Positions 8,802 through 17,321 of a stretch of 62,051 nucleotides of DNA are shown one piece after another (the first letter of the stretch is position 1; the number at the start of each line of letters is the position of its first letter). The stretch comes from a virus. Its lineage: Duplodnaviria; Caudoviricetes. Under the pieces are notes generated by a model that had not been told where the DNA came from, did no database searches, and saw only the letters and a program-made list of their open reading frames with translations. The translations under genes and the position numbers were made by a program. The DNA is taken from positions 1 through 62,051 of the IMG/VR virus record IMGVR_UViG_3300020220_000046, one strand, 5' to 3'.

Positions 8802-9878
8802 TTATATATTAAAACCTATTTGACTTTTATTATCGCTTCTATATAACTCTTCGTCTATATTGTAAATATCCGCTAAACACATTCCTTTGTCAACATTATT
8901 ATATTTACCAATAGATTTTAATAATTTTTTGGTATCGTCAATTGACAGATTTTGGAATTTGTGTTCTACAATCAATCTTCCTTTTCTAAGAAGAGCACTA
9001 TCTATCTTTTCTCTCTTCATATTAAAGGTTGCAATAATTTGTATGTTTAGACAATCCCCAAGGATTCCGTCTGTTAAATTAAGTATATTAGATACTCCAG
9101 CGGATGAACCATTAGTTTCTCTATCTGCAATCACTCTCTCTGCATCTTCCACAATGAGGATTGAGTTTTTGTGTTCCATCAAAAACGGAATAATGGATGG
9201 TTCAGATAATGATTCCGCCATTGATGGTGGAATGAATAGAATTTCTTTATCGATGATTAATCGAGTAAGATATTTGATGTATGATGTTTTACCTGTGCCG
9301 GGGTCTCCATGAAAAAGAATTATTCCCTTATCATTTGGGGTATTTAATCTTTTTAAAATTACCTCGTGTATTTTTAAAAACTCTTTTCCGTAGTTTAGTT
9401 CTAAATTCATATCGGGAACATTTAAATCATATTCCTCAATATCCAAATGCCCCATATCGGACTTAACCAAATTAATTCCCGATTTTTTTAATTCAATTAC
9501 AAACTCATCGAGTTTAAACAAATCAATATAAAAAGACGAGTCTCCACACCGAGCATCATAATTCATAACAATCTCAAAGTACTTTCCTTGACTTTTGTCG
9601 TTTGTACTTCTAAGGGTTATAATGACATGTTCTTTATTATGAATTAAAACATATGTGTTTGATGGCTTATCGTATCTTTTTCCTGTGATTATGTGTTCAC
9701 ACACACTCTTGAACCCACTTAAAACTAAGTATGGAAAAATGTCTGGACCATATTTTTTTACTCCGCTACTCATTTTCGATGGTAGTGCATCGAACTTATG
9801 AACAAAGTATTGTTCAACAGGTAATTCGTTTCCATATCCTATTTCGTGTAACGGGTAGTTTGATGGTAATTTATTCAT
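8802..9878 (-). CDS. AAA+ ATPase (BCS1-like)
   Basis: Walker A GDPGTGKT, Walker B LIVEDAE, and LLN.TDG / IDSALLRKGR (second region of homology). Confidence 0.88.
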   Translation of the reverse strand: MNKLPSNYPLHEIGYGNELPVEQYFVHKFDALPSKMSSGVKKYGPDIFPYLVLSGFKSVCEHIITGKRYDKPSNTYVLIHNKEHVIITLRSTNDKSQGKYFEIVMNYDARCGDSSFYIDLFKLDEFVIELKKSGINLVKSDMGHLDIEEYDLNVPDMNLELNYGKEFLKIHEVILKRLNTPNDKGIILFHGDPGTGKTSYIKYLTRLIIDKEILFIPPSMAESLSEPSIIPFLMEHKNSILIVEDAERVIADRETNGSSAGVSNILNLTDGILGDCLNIQIIATFNMKREKIDSALLRKGRLIVEHKFQNLSIDDTKKLLKSIGKYNNVDKGMCLADIYNIDEELYRSDNKSQIGFNI

Positions 9879-9879
9879 C

Positions 9880-10167
9880 TTATTTTAAATAAAATTTTAT
9901 ATGATTCGGTATATATTCGTATATCGAATCGTCTTCTTTTTCCCCTTCTGTAAATTCCTGCAAAGTTATTCTAACTAATTCGAATTGTGCTCTTGTTAAT
10001 TGTGGTTCCCCACTCTTTTCATAATTAACATTTGCAATGTCTTTAATTAAATCATAAAACGAATCCTCATCATTACTCCCAATAAAATAGTTTTTTGCTT
10101 CGATATTGTTTTCAATATAATTTTTTACATTCTGTAAATAAACCAAAACATTAGTATGTAAATTCAT
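9880..10167 (-). CDS. Hypothetical protein
   Basis: 95-aa ORF abutting both neighbours. Confidence 0.7.
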   Translation of the reverse strand: MNLHTNVLVYLQNVKNYIENNIEAKNYFIGSNDEDSFYDLIKDIANVNYEKSGEPQLTRAQFELVRITLQEFTEGEKEDDSIYEYIPNHIKFYLK

Positions 10168-10168
10168 T

Positions 10169-11056
10169 TTAGTAATTCATAATTAATAACTCAATTCCGT
10201 CATTTTGTGTACCATCTTTTTTAGAACCAGCAGCCTTTTTAAAAATTTGTCTTCCCCAACGATAATTTTTTGTAAACATTGATAGTTGCCCATTCTTATC
10301 AACACTTGTGGTGTAGACAGGAAACCACTCATGTAGTTGAGAAAATTCATAGTATGATAAACTAAACTTACCTTGAATTTTTGTTAATGTTTCGGCAAGT
10401 CTTTTATGGTCTTTAGAATCAAAATCATGATTTGAGTAATAGTTTTCTGTTTTCCAATATGGTGGGTCCATATAAAAATAGGTCTTTTCTGAATCATATT
10501 TTTCAAGTACCTGTTGGAAATCTAAATTTTCAACAAATGTTATTTTGTCTATATGTTGTCTATATTTGGGATGTTTTAATTTATCCATTAATATTAAAAC
10601 TTTACATCTATATTTTCCCTTGTAATCTGTATAGTTTGATGTTTCGGGTTTTGAACCTGAGAATACTTGTGTCAATACATAAACATATTTTGCGGCGGCC
10701 TCAAAATTAGGTTCGTCTCCGATTACGTAATCATCGGCAAAGACTTCTCTCTGATATTGGCTAAACATTTGTTCATATTCTGGCGGTGTATTTGTTACAC
10801 CAAGTTGTTGACACGGATATTTTGCCAGTTCATCCCACAATCTATCATAGTGTTTTGCGCATCTGAATAGATTGGTATTCAGCTTATTAAAATCATTATA
10901 AACTACCGTCTTTAGATTGGGGTAATCTTTTAACTCCATATTGAAAAAAACCCAAAACATTCCTGAAAATCCTTCCACATACGTTTCAATGTCTTTGGGT
11001 ATGAATGGTACTATCCATTTGCCAATTCTGGCTTTGCCACCAATATAAGATATCAT
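10169..11056 (-). CDS. DNA adenine methyltransferase, Dam/D12 family
   Basis: YIGGK, YVEGFSG (variant motif I), VYND and catalytic YMDPPY. Confidence 0.88.
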   Translation of the reverse strand: MISYIGGKARIGKWIVPFIPKDIETYVEGFSGMFWVFFNMELKDYPNLKTVVYNDFNKLNTNLFRCAKHYDRLWDELAKYPCQQLGVTNTPPEYEQMFSQYQREVFADDYVIGDEPNFEAAAKYVYVLTQVFSGSKPETSNYTDYKGKYRCKVLILMDKLKHPKYRQHIDKITFVENLDFQQVLEKYDSEKTYFYMDPPYWKTENYYSNHDFDSKDHKRLAETLTKIQGKFSLSYYEFSQLHEWFPVYTTSVDKNGQLSMFTKNYRWGRQIFKKAAGSKKDGTQNDGIELLIMNY

Positions 11057-11154
11057 ATTTGATATTAGTATTAAGTATTTTATTGTTATTATAAATTATA
11101 ACCAAAAAAGTCGAAAAAAAGAAGGGGTCGCTTATGTTTTATTGGAAATAAATA

Positions 11155-11183
11155 TTGACTATACTCTTTAAATTTCGTAGATT
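11155..11183 (+). promoter_or_regulatory. Sigma70-like promoter for the plus-strand unit
   Basis: TTGACT (11155-11160), a 17-nt spacer, then TAGATT (11178-11183), just before the GTG at 11190. Confidence 0.5.
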
Positions 11184-11189
11184 TAATTT

Positions 11190-11342
11190 GTGTCATGCTC
11201 AGAATGTAAAAAGAAACAAACCATCAAAAAGGAAATGATAGAGAGTTCCAAATTTGTTAGTAATGGAGTAATATGGTTTGTTGTTATATGGAGTGGATTT
11301 GCCATATATGGAATCATAACCCTTATAAGTAAATTGTTATGA
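11190..11342 (+). CDS. Small membrane protein with N-terminal CxxC (50 aa)
   Basis: Hand-translated from GTG: MSCSECKKKQTIKKEMIESSKFVSNGVIWFVVIWSGFAIYGIITLISKLL*. ATGA overlap with the 11339 ORF. Confidence 0.65.
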   Translation: MSCSECKKKQTIKKEMIESSKFVSNGVIWFVVIWSGFAIYGIITLISKLL

Positions 11343-11977
11343 GGAGTGGTAAGTATTTTATAGTATTATTTTGTAATAATAAAAAGTTAAAGGTTTTATA
11401 TCGTTGTCAAACAATCAAAACACTATATGAACATTGGAGAGAATACAAAACACAAAGACAGCCGAGGTTTATGAAAATACAAGGGGGTAAAAGAAACAAA
11501 GAACTTGTGTTTGAATTAGCCCTTATTTTTCCAAATAATAGATGGTCGAAGAAAACCTTTGTAAAAGATGGTTTAGGTAGAAACATTGAAGCTCAAATGG
11601 AGGATGATAAGTTTCGTATAAAAGAACTCATCCCGTATTGGAAAGAAGAATACATATACAATTTTCAAATAAAGGACCGCGTCAGATATCACAATATGAT
11701 GGATGAGATTTTGAAAATAAGAGATGTGGCACAGGTTTTCACATTGAACAATAAACTATTTGTTCAAAATGAAAATGACATATGGTTGTATGGAAACAAA
11801 AACCTAAAAGACGCTGAAAGGTTGTTTAATTTAGTAAGAGAAGATTTACTAAACAAAAAGAAGAACAACTTTATTTTTGTTAGAGACGTAACAACCGCAC
11901 AAAGAAAATCACTATATACCCTGCTTGAATCTAAAGGGTTTAAGAGGTCTGAGCTTTTTCGGCATTACTCTTATTAA
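11339..11977 (+). CDS. Basic hypothetical protein
   Basis: 212-aa ORF with no competing long minus-strand ORF. Confidence 0.8.
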   Translation: MRSGKYFIVLFCNNKKLKVLYRCQTIKTLYEHWREYKTQRQPRFMKIQGGKRNKELVFELALIFPNNRWSKKTFVKDGLGRNIEAQMEDDKFRIKELIPYWKEEYIYNFQIKDRVRYHNMMDEILKIRDVAQVFTLNNKLFVQNENDIWLYGNKNLKDAERLFNLVREDLLNKKKNNFIFVRDVTTAQRKSLYTLLESKGFKRSELFRHYSY

Positions 11978-12197
11978 AAACAATATCAACAAATCCAATA
12001 CGAACGGTAAATGAATTACCGGGTTTTGTTGACCTCCTATTTTGTTTTTTATTAATGTAGTCGAATGTATTAAGAAATTCTTTTTCGGATAACTCAAGAA
12101 CAATGGCGGCGCTTTCAGATTCAATATTCATTTTTTCAACTAAGTCACTTATAATAGCCAACTGATTTAATAAATCACCCTTTTTTTCCATAACCAA
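11940..12197 (-). CDS. Hypothetical protein
   Basis: 85-aa ORF ending the minus-strand run. Confidence 0.7.
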   Translation of the reverse strand: MVMEKKGDLLNQLAIISDLVEKMNIESESAAIVLELSEKEFLNTFDYINKKQNRRSTKPGNSFTVRIGFVDIVFNKSNAEKAQTS

Positions 12198-12393
12198 ATA
12201 TTATTAGTATCCTATTAAATATACCTATCTTTTTCTTTTCAGGTGCTTTGAACATCTCATCTTTGTTCCAAGATTTGATTTCCTCAATCATCTTCCTCTT
12301 GTGATTCTGTATCTCCGATTGGTCCTTCTCCGTTTCCTTCTTCAACCAATTTAATTCCTTTTGTATCTTCTTGTTGTTCTTTGACATTTTCAA
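12175..12393 (-). CDS. Hypothetical basic coiled-coil protein
   Basis: 72-aa ORF overlapping both neighbours. Confidence 0.6.
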   Translation of the reverse strand: MKMSKNNKKIQKELNWLKKETEKDQSEIQNHKRKMIEEIKSWNKDEMFKAPEKKKIGIFNRILIIFGYGKKG

Positions 12394-12745
12394 TAAATGA
12401 TAAGTCTCTTAATTTATCCAAGGATTGATGTTGAAATAAAATATGAAGTTCTTTAATTTTTGCTTGTAATAATCTATCCTTTTCTTCCAATTCTTTATTT
12501 GTGTCAATTATTTCTTTTGCACATGCAAATGCGGTTTCATAACCATTCGATGTCGATTGAGTTATAATTGAAACCAATGTAAATTTTTCGTTCTTGTCCT
12601 GTACTTTATATTTGATTGACTTATATGGCGCCATGATATGTTCAAACTTCCATGTCATTGGTAGTTTGATGTCCAAACTAACATTGTTATCAATCTCTCT
12701 AAGAGAAAAAAAGTAAGGTCTAAGATATTTTACTAATTCAAACAC
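12284..12745 (-). CDS. Hypothetical protein
   Basis: 153-aa ORF with a GTG start and an acidic tail. Confidence 0.75.
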   Translation of the reverse strand: MFELVKYLRPYFFSLREIDNNVSLDIKLPMTWKFEHIMAPYKSIKYKVQDKNEKFTLVSIITQSTSNGYETAFACAKEIIDTNKELEEKDRLLQAKIKELHILFQHQSLDKLRDLSFIENVKEQQEDTKGIKLVEEGNGEGPIGDTESQEEDD

Positions 12746-12749
12746 GTTA

Positions 12750-12929
12750 TTATAGTATAATAAAGGTGATTATGTATGAAACGGCAAGGTATAGAAACAC
12801 TTCCTCGGTCTTTCCAGCTTTCATTGGTGCTGGTTCTTCCTGAAATAGTTTTAAAGAAAATTCAATTATGAACCTCAAACAAAAAACTATACTCAAGACA
12901 AAGAGTAAAAGTTTAATTTGTTCAATCAT
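12750..12929 (-). CDS. Small two-TM membrane protein (59 aa)
   Basis: Hand-translated: MIEQIKLLLFVLSIVFCLRFIIEFSLKLFQEEPAPMKAGKTEEVFLYLAVSYIITFIIL*. Confidence 0.65.
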   Translation of the reverse strand: MIEQIKLLLFVLSIVFCLRFIIEFSLKLFQEEPAPMKAGKTEEVFLYLAVSYIITFIIL

Positions 12930-13101
12930 AATGTTTAATTTCTTCTAAAATTTCTTTTCTATACTGAGCAATTAATATTTTTATTTCTTGAGCGTATTTT
13001 CGAGCACGAATCGATGCGCTTCGGTTTCCCTTTTCATATACTTTAGCGGTGTCGACAGACATTTTCTCCACTAACTCTTTTATTTTCTTTAGTGTTTCCA
13101 T
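12922..13101 (-). CDS. Histone H1-like (Hc1 family) nucleoid protein (59 aa)
   Basis: Hand-translated: METLKKIKELVEKMSVDTAKVYEKGNRSASIRARKYAQEIKILIAQYRKEILEEIKHYD*. EKGN.SA..RARK matches the Hc1/Bacteroidota 'histone H1' core (EKGNKAAGTRARK). Confidence 0.75.
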   Translation of the reverse strand: METLKKIKELVEKMSVDTAKVYEKGNRSASIRARKYAQEIKILIAQYRKEILEEIKHYD

Positions 13102-13139
13102 ATTTTTTCCGTTTTTATTACCAATATACGGAAAAAATT

Positions 13140-13598
13140 CTATTTTTTCAAGTTTTGTTCCAACAATTTGTAAACTTCCGTGAGCATATCAAGTTCAGAC
13201 CTTGATTTTCTGTGCCTAAAGTCGAATAACTTAAAGAAATATTCCCCTATCCTTGTGGTTTTTTTATCCATTTTTGTTTCATAATATGCCTCATAAAAGA
13301 AATTCCACATGTACTCATAGTGAGTACCCCTTTCTTTAAAGTGTATCTTTTCCTTTGTAAAATTATCGAGTAGTTTACTCCAACACCAATTGAAGTGGTT
13401 TCGTTGGTCCGATTCGTTATATAAAACGTCGATACCCAAAAACGTTGCGTCTACTAAATCATGTAATGAGCTTAAGAAATCGTAAAATAGTTCAATCTTT
13501 TCACGATGAATATTGTATGCTCTATACCAAACGTCGATTTGATGTCTGTACTTTTCGGTGGTTTCGTACTCAATATAATAATCCTCTCTCTTTTCCAT
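13140..13598 (-). CDS. Hypothetical protein
   Basis: 152-aa ORF, rich in aromatic residues. Confidence 0.8.
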   Translation of the reverse strand: MEKREDYYIEYETTEKYRHQIDVWYRAYNIHREKIELFYDFLSSLHDLVDATFLGIDVLYNESDQRNHFNWCWSKLLDNFTKEKIHFKERGTHYEYMWNFFYEAYYETKMDKKTTRIGEYFFKLFDFRHRKSRSELDMLTEVYKLLEQNLKK

Positions 13599-13647
13599 GG
13601 TTCCTTAATACATAATAATAAGGAAAGAAAAGAATAAAAATAAGAAT

Positions 13648-14841
13648 TTACTGAGTTCTTTCGTCGTATCCCAAAATATTCTTCATTCTTTTGATTTCTT
13701 CTTCAAAAATTGAAAACATTTTAGGTTTTTCAGATTCTTTAACCACACTAACCTTTGCTGGTACTTTCCAACGATGGCCCCAACTTACCTCAGGTTCTTT
13801 AGCTATTTTCTTAGCCTTTCTTTCTATCTTTTTACCTATTTTCTTTCCTAAATCACTTTTTATAACGTTTGCCGCGTCTTGTGAGTTACCCATTGTTGTG
13901 TCACCTTCTAATGCTTTCTTTAATCTTGCTTTAAATCTTTTAGATGGTTCATAACCATAATTGAGGTCTTCCAATCCTTCACCTCTAAAATCATCTATAG
14001 TTTCATTCTCATCTTCAGTTGTTCTATCAGCTACGGTATCACCCTTTACAATGGCTTTTGGAAATTTTGGATTGTCGTTACCATCAAAAGATGAGATACC
14101 CTTTAATTTTTTCTCAACATCTGCCATGTGAGATTTTGAATCACTACCTGAAATTTTTTGAGCTTTTTTAGTTACCACTAAACCCGGTACTGACTCATTT
14201 ACTATTTTAGAAATCAAAGAAACTAACTCACTTTCTGTAAGTCTTAAAGTTGTTTTTTTAGATTCTTCCATTTTACGCGCACCACATTCGTTACAATTAC
14301 CCTCTTCATTCATAATACCGCCACATTCATTACAAAAACCATGACCTTCTTTAACATCTTCTTTTTTAGTTTTATCTTTCTTTTCTGCCCCTCCACACTC
14401 TTCACATTGAGATTCCATTTCCTCAAGTTGCTTCCATGCTTCGTCAACATTAATGGTTTCGGTTCCAATTTTAAATTCTTTGAGACCTTTCTCTTTAGCA
14501 TCAAGAACTGCTTGAGCTACGTTTTTTACTTTTATTGATTTTTTTTCCATGGTTTTTGTTTCGTTTACTTCTAATTTTTCTCCTAATTCTTCCAATTTAT
14601 CTATCATTTCAGAATAGGAGTTATATGATGCTTTTTCAATTATAAATTCTTTTTCAGGATGCTCTTTCTTATAAATATCTAAATGTTTGTGTGCTTCATC
14701 TTCAGAATAACAAGTCTGAACAGGTTCACCTTCACAGGTTATATGAAATACCTTTTTACCATCCTCTTTTTCTTCAAGAATAGCTCTTCTAACCTCGTTT
14801 AATAACGACTCATTTATAATATTATTCAAATTATTTTCCAT
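13648..14841 (-). CDS. Glu/Lys-rich putative internal head or scaffold-like protein with CxxC repeats
   Basis: CEECG and CNECG x2; LRLTESELVSLISKIVNE; preceded by TATTTAT. Confidence 0.55.
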   Translation of the reverse strand: MENNLNNIINESLLNEVRRAILEEKEDGKKVFHITCEGEPVQTCYSEDEAHKHLDIYKKEHPEKEFIIEKASYNSYSEMIDKLEELGEKLEVNETKTMEKKSIKVKNVAQAVLDAKEKGLKEFKIGTETINVDEAWKQLEEMESQCEECGGAEKKDKTKKEDVKEGHGFCNECGGIMNEEGNCNECGARKMEESKKTTLRLTESELVSLISKIVNESVPGLVVTKKAQKISGSDSKSHMADVEKKLKGISSFDGNDNPKFPKAIVKGDTVADRTTEDENETIDDFRGEGLEDLNYGYEPSKRFKARLKKALEGDTTMGNSQDAANVIKSDLGKKIGKKIERKAKKIAKEPEVSWGHRWKVPAKVSVVKESEKPKMFSIFEEEIKRMKNILGYDERTQ

Positions 14842-14842
14842 C

Positions 14843-15763
14843 TTATTGTATAAATATCTTATTTATCTCATTTAATACAATTTTCTCTATTTCAGAATAT
14901 GGAATTCCGTATTTTTTAGATGCCAATCGTATTGATTCTTTTAGTCCATCTACCTCTAATAATTCAATGGCGTTTATGTCACCCTGATTACAATATGGAA
15001 ACCTCTTACACTTTTCTTTTATTTTGATAAACTTACCCTCAGGTCCACCCCACTTAGGGAACTTCTTATCCTTTACCGCCCTACTACTCTTTATACTTTC
15101 GGGACCCCCAATACTCAATGGGTTCTTGCGGTTTTTAGATGGGAATGGAACATCATAATAACCTGATGCATCTGCGGTTACCGCTTCCTCTATATCCTCT
15201 TCCTCTTTAAGATTATGAATCTTATTAATCTTTTTTTTAATGATTGGAGCTCCGAGTGCGGGTGCGAATGCACCGGCAGCGTCTGCTCCCGTAGCTTCTG
15301 TTGTATCTTTCTTTTTTCCTTGACAATGTGCCCTTTGGCTAAAACCTTTTGGATTTGAACAATCGATTGAATCTTTGTATTTTTCACTCCACTTTTCATT
15401 CATCTCAACTTTCTGTGTCATATCAACAACCCATAATTTTGGGTTAATTCCTTTATTTATCAATCCCGCCAATCTTGTATTCCCACCTAGTAAATTATAA
15501 TTATTTTCACTAAACTTGACCACTATTGGTATTTCAATTTCACCCTTCTCAAATGAATCTTCAAATCTCTTTTTCTTGTCATCCTCTAATGTATTGTAAT
15601 CTAAATCGACATTATATAATACATCTTCTATTTTTTCAAAATTCGTGATATCGTAATTTTTATTTGCAACATTTAACCACCCCTCTTTACCCATTTTTTC
15701 AAACACACGGTAACGTAGGGCTTCCATCCATTCATTATCAAAATTAGGTTTAACGTATTTCAT
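14843..15763 (-). CDS. Protein with an N-terminal ParB/Srx-like domain and Cys-containing modules
   Basis: IPIVVK...YNLLGGNTRL resembles the ParB G..R motif. Also IDCSNPKGFSQRAHC and CKRFPYC. Confidence 0.55.
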   Translation of the reverse strand: MKYVKPNFDNEWMEALRYRVFEKMGKEGWLNVANKNYDITNFEKIEDVLYNVDLDYNTLEDDKKKRFEDSFEKGEIEIPIVVKFSENNYNLLGGNTRLAGLINKGINPKLWVVDMTQKVEMNEKWSEKYKDSIDCSNPKGFSQRAHCQGKKKDTTEATGADAAGAFAPALGAPIIKKKINKIHNLKEEEDIEEAVTADASGYYDVPFPSKNRKNPLSIGGPESIKSSRAVKDKKFPKWGGPEGKFIKIKEKCKRFPYCNQGDINAIELLEVDGLKESIRLASKKYGIPYSEIEKIVLNEINKIFIQ

Positions 15764-16002
15764 TACTTAACTGTTTTCAACGCACCTTCCCAAAATGACT
15801 TTCTCTGCCACAGGGTTTTGAATAGTTCAACAACAACCTTTGTAGATAGGTCCACTATTTTATCATCTATATTTTTTGTACCTAACTCCTTTTGAATTAT
15901 CTTAACAACAATATTATGGGCTTGGGTCGTCTCAAGAAAGTCTTTCATCTCCTTCCTTGATATTTTTTCAATCTCTTTAATATCTGCGTTAGTCAAAGCC
16001 AT
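15763..16002 (-). CDS. Hypothetical protein
   Basis: 79 aa; its stop overlaps the next start (TAATG). Confidence 0.75.
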   Translation of the reverse strand: MALTNADIKEIEKISRKEMKDFLETTQAHNIVVKIIQKELGTKNIDDKIVDLSTKVVVELFKTLWQRKSFWEGALKTVK

Positions 16003-16003
16003 G

Positions 16004-16567
16004 TTATGATATTCTTCTATTTCTTAGAATTGGTTCCATTGCTGAAGCGAATGTTGGTTTAAATTTTAGTAACTTATCAAACATCAGCAACGTATCATCT
16101 TCGACTTTTAACATATCTGAATTAACGTACAAACCACTATCTTCGCCAGCAATAATGACAAAATTTATGTCTAAATCGGTAATAGAACCATCGAGTCTGA
16201 TTTCAGATTCGTCTATGGTGATACCGGGGTTTAAATCGGCTAATTGAGATACTTGTTGTCTAAAAGAATCGATGAGTTGGCTTATTGAACTCTTCTCATC
16301 ATCTTTTAATTTCACATCCTCTTGGTCAGTTGAAATTAATTTTATCTCAACGTCATTAACAACCTCAACATTATCAAATTTATCTTCTGAGGATTGTGGT
16401 GATGGTACGTCGTCACCGGGTTCAATAGGCTGTGGCCGCGGTTGTTGTGGTTCTGCTTCCTCTATTAAAAGAGAACTTAATTTTGTTATTTTAGACGCAT
16501 TTATGGTTCTCATTGTATTGAGCATCCCTTTTATCTGGTCATAAGCTGTTTGTTTCTTTGTATTCAT
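16004..16567 (-). CDS. Acidic hypothetical protein (putative virion)
   Basis: 187-aa ORF with TATTTAT at 16611-16617. Confidence 0.75.
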   Translation of the reverse strand: MNTKKQTAYDQIKGMLNTMRTINASKITKLSSLLIEEAEPQQPRPQPIEPGDDVPSPQSSEDKFDNVEVVNDVEIKLISTDQEDVKLKDDEKSSISQLIDSFRQQVSQLADLNPGITIDESEIRLDGSITDLDINFVIIAGEDSGLYVNSDMLKVEDDTLLMFDKLLKFKPTFASAMEPILRNRRIS

Positions 16568-17162
16568 CTTTAAAAAATATTCTAAAATTAAATGAAGGGT
16601 TTATATCTGTATAAATATTTGAAAAATTCGATTTACAGACTATTCCTTCGAATTTTAGAACATTTTCAAGATACCCCTGAGATGGTACAACTTGGAATGG
16701 AATATTACGAGTTTCGCAAAGGTGTTTACATAGGTTAACCACGGAGTCCATTTGACTCTCATTATACTTATCCCAAAAGCAATAGTTCCTCCAAGTTCTT
16801 GCAAATGGTTCAGACCTATGTGGGTCACCTATCCAATTATTCATGAACCCCGTAATCGTGTTCTTACTTAACCAACCAAGGTTCTCAATTGCTATCTTAA
16901 TAAATTGTTTATCGACCTTAGGTTCGTTAAAAGTATTGGAGTAATAATCTGTATCAAAAATCTGATAAATTGTGCCGAGTTTGGTTACAATAAAATGTGG
17001 GACCTCATCATAAGTCCCATTATTTCTGTATCTAATCTTATTCAAAAAATCCTCTGTTCTTCTCCCCGTATCGTATAAAAATATTTGTGTCTTCTTTGAT
17101 TTTCTTTTAGATATGTTTAGATTCTTATTATCTAAACCTTCTACGTTGTGTATTTCCAACAT
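16539..17162 (-). CDS. N-acetylmuramoyl-L-alanine amidase (Amidase_2/PGRP) fold, probably with a degenerate active site
   Basis: IFLYDTG, PHFIV..GTIYQ, IAIEN.G, Y.ESQMDSV..LC..L, TDINP.F. Confidence 0.7.
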   Translation of the reverse strand: MLEIHNVEGLDNKNLNISKRKSKKTQIFLYDTGRRTEDFLNKIRYRNNGTYDEVPHFIVTKLGTIYQIFDTDYYSNTFNEPKVDKQFIKIAIENLGWLSKNTITGFMNNWIGDPHRSEPFARTWRNYCFWDKYNESQMDSVVNLCKHLCETRNIPFQVVPSQGYLENVLKFEGIVCKSNFSNIYTDINPSFNFRIFFKDEYKETNSL

Positions 17163-17321
17163 TTCTTACTATAATTTTCCTCATCGGAGCAACCCTCGGT
17201 GTAGATGTACCTTCGGGTACTTCGTTATTGTCGGATTCCCAATAGATTGGGTCAGACTCAATAGAATCCTCGTTTTCCAAACCATAGTTTTGAGTACTTT
17301 GATTGGGTTGGGACTCTATTT

